Positions 60,607 to 64,000 of a stretch of 64,000 nt of DNA are shown piece by piece. The notes under the pieces were generated by a model. The model was not told where the DNA came from. It saw only the letters and a program-made list of their open reading frames with translations, and did no database searches. The stretch's first letter is position 1; the number at the start of each line of letters is the position of its first letter. Source of the stretch: an uncultured virus (IMG/VR IMGVR_UViG_3300025736_000012) (Duplodnaviria > Heunggongvirae > Uroviricota > Caudoviricetes); IMG/VR virus record IMGVR_UViG_3300025736_000012. One strand, 5' to 3'. The translations under genes were made by a program, and so were the position numbers.

Positions 60607-61065
60607 ATGGCACAGACTACAGAACGTTTTTCAATGGCTTGCGGGAAAATAGAGTTCAGCAGTGACAATGCGTCCTGGTCAGACATCAGTGGGACGGCAC
60701 AATCAATCTCTGGCCTAGACCAATCGAGAATGAGTGGAGAAGGGTATACCCAAGACGGTGACACTGCCGTAATCACCTTCGGCAAAAGAGAACCGATGAC
60801 GCCGACTGTAACGGTCATCTACTCAGAAAACGACGTCGAGGGTTGGGAATTGGCACGAGCAGAGCACGAGGCTGCCTGTGGAGACGCGATCTATATTCGG
60901 TGGAGTCCTGGAGGTGGGGATATTGGAGACCAGCGGTACTATACTCCGCTGACAAAGATCACCAATTTCCAATACCCGCCGCTCGACGCTGGTGATGGTA
61001 GTCCGATCAAGTGCTCATTCCAGTTCAAAGTGGCTTACGTGACGACGGAGACTATCGCAAGCTAA
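60607..61065 (+). CDS. Major tail protein
   Basis: Position, strong RBS, beta-rich, RWSPGG. Confidence 0.7.
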   Translation: MAQTTERFSMACGKIEFSSDNASWSDISGTAQSISGLDQSRMSGEGYTQDGDTAVITFGKREPMTPTVTVIYSENDVEGWELARAEHEAACGDAIYIRWSPGGGDIGDQRYYTPLTKITNFQYPPLDAGDGSPIKCSFQFKVAYVTTETIAS

Positions 61066-61478
61066 TGAATATATCACACAAAAAGCTAGAACTGTCCTTC
61101 GACTTGCCAAACTTGCGCCAACGGGGAGTAGAGGAGTTTTTCGCCATCCTACGCCGGATCAAAGGTGGTGGCATAGACGCTCACAAATACGGCGAGGAAA
61201 TAACGGATTTTGTGAAATCGCTACCCAAGCTCGATGGCGAGCGATTCGGCCTGGTGTTGCGTGAGTTTATAGCCAACTTGCAAGCAGAACAGAAGCGCAG
61301 CGCACAACTATCTATCCCGGAAAACCGGGGGGCTATTGTGCGTGCAGCAGCTTCGTGTGGTTGGCTCAAGGATGTCACAGAAGAGACCGTTGACGATATG
61401 CTCCCCGCTGCCGTGCATTGGCTATCTCGTGAGATCGACAACTGGATCGCTGATTCTCAGGACGTACCGGGGGAATGA
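61065..61478 (+). CDS. Tail assembly chaperone (G-like)
   Basis: Between tail tube and tape measure; ends at slippery GGGGGAA. Confidence 0.65.
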   Translation: MNISHKKLELSFDLPNLRQRGVEEFFAILRRIKGGGIDAHKYGEEITDFVKSLPKLDGERFGLVLREFIANLQAEQKRSAQLSIPENRGAIVRAAASCGWLKDVTEETVDDMLPAAVHWLSREIDNWIADSQDVPGE

Positions 61479-61762
61479 TCCTGGCGGCGGCGGATCACGC
61501 CGAAAACCCAAAGAAGTACCCTCCGCCGCCAGAATTAGAACTTGCCTGGCAATGCAAAGCATTTGATGCATTGCCAGAACCGGGAGGGGTACGAGATCAA
61601 CGCGCCGGGGAGTTGCGCCGAGCGCTAACAGCACTAAACGTATACAATGCTGTACGAGCGTGGAAAACAAGCCGTGACTGGAACACCTGGATAGATTCTA
61701 ACCCTGGGTTGTGGCGAATCGTAGGTGAGGTTATCAATCTGAGGAACGAATATGGGCGCTGA
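61475..61762 (+). CDS. Tail assembly chaperone (T-like, -1 frame)
   Basis: LPEPGGVRDQ motif; lies in the -1 frame after the slippery site. Confidence 0.65.
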   Translation: MILAAADHAENPKKYPPPPELELAWQCKAFDALPEPGGVRDQRAGELRRALTALNVYNAVRAWKTSRDWNTWIDSNPGLWRIVGEVINLRNEYGR

Positions 61763-64000
61763 ATATACCATCGCAGTCCTGCTTACGTCTGAGGACGATG
61801 CGACGAAAACCATAAAAAAGTTTACCGACAATCTCGGTGAAACTGAAAAAACCGCGCAGGATGTATCAAAGTCCTTTCGCAGTTTCAGCACATCCTCAAA
61901 AACCGCGTTTGATTCCCTACTCAACACCGATCGTGCTGCTGAATCATCCTCCGATGAACTAGGTTCCCTTGCCGCCCAATTGGGTGTAACATCTCAAGCA
62001 CAAGTTCAAGCTAAGATGAAGATGGATTCTCTCGTCGCCGCGTGGGACAAGGGGGAAATCTCCAGTGAGGAGCTTGCAGAAGGGCTCGATGGACTTGGGG
62101 AAGCAACGCAGGATGTATCAAAGTCCTTTCGCAGTTTCAGCACGTCCTCAAAAACCGCGTTTGATTCCCTACTCAACACCGATCGTGCTGCTGAATCATC
62201 CTCCGATGAACTAGGTTCCCTTGCCGCCCAATTGGGTGTAACATCTCAAGCACAAGTTCAAGCTAAGATGAAGATGGATTCTCTCGTCGCCGCGTGGGAC
62301 AAGGGGGAAATCTCCAGTGAGGAGCTTGCAGAAGGGCTCGATGGACTTGGGGAAGCAACCGAGGAAGTGGGCGATGACCTGTTCAGTCTGGAGAACATCG
62401 TCAAGGGCGCTGGTGCTGCGATCACAATAGACCTCGCCAAAGAAGCCGCTGAAGCTGTTTGGGAACTTGGAAAACTTGGCGCTCAATCATTGCGTACTGA
62501 ATCTGCTTTTAATGCGATCTCTGGCGGTGCGGATAACGCAACGGCCAACCTGGAAGCGATGCGTTCAGCGACGCGTGGTGCACTCTCTGACCAGGAAATG
62601 ATGGCCGCCGCTTCCCAATCGTTGCAGATGGGAATCACCTCCAATGCTGAAGAGTTGGGTGTGATGACTAAAATGGCTGTCCAGCTAGGCGCGGCAATGG
62701 GAACGGAAGCCGGGCCAGCGATGGAGAATTGGAACGCGATGCTTGCGAACCAATCTCTTCCCAGGCTTGATACGTATGGCATAAGTTCTGGACGTGTCAA
62801 GACACGGATTACTGATTTGATGGCTTCAGTCAAAGGAATGACACGTGAACAAGCGTTCAACACGGCTGTAATCGAAGAAGGTACTTTGGCAATGAATCGC
62901 CTGGGAGACGCAGCGGGCGACGAACTACTGGCCTTTGAACAACTTGACGCCACGATGGTCAACCTTAAAACAACGATGGCAGAAAAAGCCGCACCTGCCG
63001 TGTCACAGTTTGCCGGAACGCTTAATTTGCTTCTGAATTGGAGTGACAAATTAGCAGAGGCGCAAAGCCGGAATACTGAAGAGGCAGAGAAAACATCTGA
63101 AACATACGTGGAATATAGATCTCGTATGGAACAAGTGGCGGCAGCGACAGGCAAAACGATAGATGCGACAGGTAATCTAATCAATACAGATCACATCCTC
63201 AACAAGACAATCATAGGGCTGATAGCTCCTATCGAGCGTGTATCAAAAGAAAACTTTGCACTAACCGAATCAGCTTGGAATGCTGCGCAGAGCCAGGAAG
63301 CACTCAATGAAAAGATGGAACGCCAAACTCAGGTTGCGGCAAATCTGGCAGAGATAACGAAGGATGAAGTCGTAAACGCGATCCTCGAAGCCGATGACGC
63401 GATGATTATATACACTGATGCGCTCGAGGCGGGAAACTTGTCTGCGGAGAGTATAGCGTGGAACATTGAATTGCTCTCCCAATCGCTAGGAGTCGTCACG
63501 ACCGCCGAACAGCAGGCACAACAAGACGCTCAACTGCTAACCGAGGCATACGCAGCAGGCACAATCTCGGCAGGCGAGTACCGCCAGCGATTAGAAGGGG
63601 TGGCACAAGGAACAAATGCGCTGACTGAAGCCGAGCGCCAAGCTATTCAAACAGAGATGGCTACCGCCGACGCCACTCGTAAATTGGCCGATGCTCACCG
63701 AGATGCCGCCACTGCCGCGGCAGGACAAGCGCAACAAACGCTTGCATTAGCTGGAAGCCTCAAGGATGCTACTTCTTCTCAGATAGCACAGCAAATGATA
63801 GGGATGCTCGATCCCAAGAAAATGGGGGCTGATGCGTACAGTGCGGCCGTCAAAGATATTGGAATCGCCTTTGGCACAATGGATGAGGAAAGCATAGCCT
63901 TGTCTGAGAATATCGGTGGACTGGCTTTGATGATCGAGGAAGGCATTATACCCACAGAGAATGCCGATGAAGCATTGGCAGCCTTGATCGAGGATGCCCA
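61752..64000 (+). CDS. Tape measure protein (runs off the window)
   Basis: Manual translation from ATG 61752: MGAEYTIAVLLTSEDDATK...LEAMRSATRGALSDQEMMAAA...; long Ala-rich helical ORF absent from the track. Confidence 0.88.
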   Translation, partial: MGAEYTIAVLLTSEDDATKTIKKFTDNLGETEKTAQDVSKSFRSFSTSSKTAFDSLLNTDRAAESSSDELGSLAAQLGVTSQAQVQAKMKMDSLVAAWDKGEISSEELAEGLDGLGEATQDVSKSFRSFSTSSKTAFDSLLNTDRAAESSSDELGSLAAQLGVTSQAQVQAKMKMDSLVAAWDKGEISSEELAEGLDGLGEATEEVGDDLFSLENIVKGAGAAITIDLAKEAAEAVWELGKLGAQSLRTESAFNAISGGADNATANLEAMRSATRGALSDQEMMAAASQSLQMGITSNAEELGVMTKMAVQLGAAMGTEAGPAMENWNAMLANQSLPRLDTYGISSGRVKTRITDLMASVKGMTREQAFNTAVIEEGTLAMNRLGDAAGDELLAFEQLDATMVNLKTTMAEKAAPAVSQFAGTLNLLLNWSDKLAEAQSRNTEEAEKTSETYVEYRSRMEQVAAATGKTIDATGNLINTDHILNKTIIGLIAPIERVSKENFALTESAWNAAQSQEALNEKMERQTQVAANLAEITKDEVVNAILEADDAMIIYTDALEAGNLSAESIAWNIELLSQSLGVVTTAEQQAQQDAQLLTEAYAAGTISAGEYRQRLEGVAQGTNALTEAERQAIQTEMATADATRKLADAHRDAATAAAGQAQQTLALAGSLKDATSSQIAQQMIGMLDPKKMGADAYSAAVKDIGIAFGTMDEESIALSENIGGLALMIEEGIIPTENADEALAALIEDA
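61855..62359. repeat. 252-bp tandem duplication in the tape measure gene
   Basis: Two copies with period 252 and one visible mismatch (61892 A vs 62144 G). Confidence 0.95.

Noticed and set aside
61855..62359. Duplication as a DGR template/variable repeat pair
   Set aside because: Tandem and in frame, with a single mismatch and no reverse transcriptase in the window
62483..63184. 233-aa minus-strand ORF
   Set aside because: Shadow of the tape measure gene

Overview
This 64-kb window is part of a tailed (siphovirus-like, HK97-fold) phage genome. The host is most likely a Chloroflexota (Anaerolineae-like) bacterium, inferred from C-terminal YLPxV-type motifs and a small wHTH protein. From 1 to about 20.7 kb is a leftward early/replication region: pentapeptide-repeat protein, Gp3-like recombination protein, DnaB-like helicase, HTH initiator with internal iterons, prim-pol, many small ORFs, strong sigma70 promoters and four structured 5' leaders. 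From about 20.9 to 32 kb is a rightward operon: an RHH regulator, membrane proteins, then an array-less type IV-B CRISPR-Cas-like effector module (csf1, csf2 with a Cas11-like domain apparently inserted inside it, wHTH, a 24-aa peptide, cysH-like, csf3). From 32 to 38.5 kb are a second divergent RHH switch, a ParB-methyltransferase invaded by an antisense HNH gene, and a radical SAM gene. From 39 to 64 kb are packaging, head and tail genes. An 8.7-kb glycosyltransferase/methyltransferase/sulfotransferase cassette sits between the capsid and head-tail connector genes, and the tape measure gene runs off the right end. I saw no CRISPR array, cas6, cas1/2, integrase or tRNA. All product calls come from recognising motifs by eye, not from database searches.
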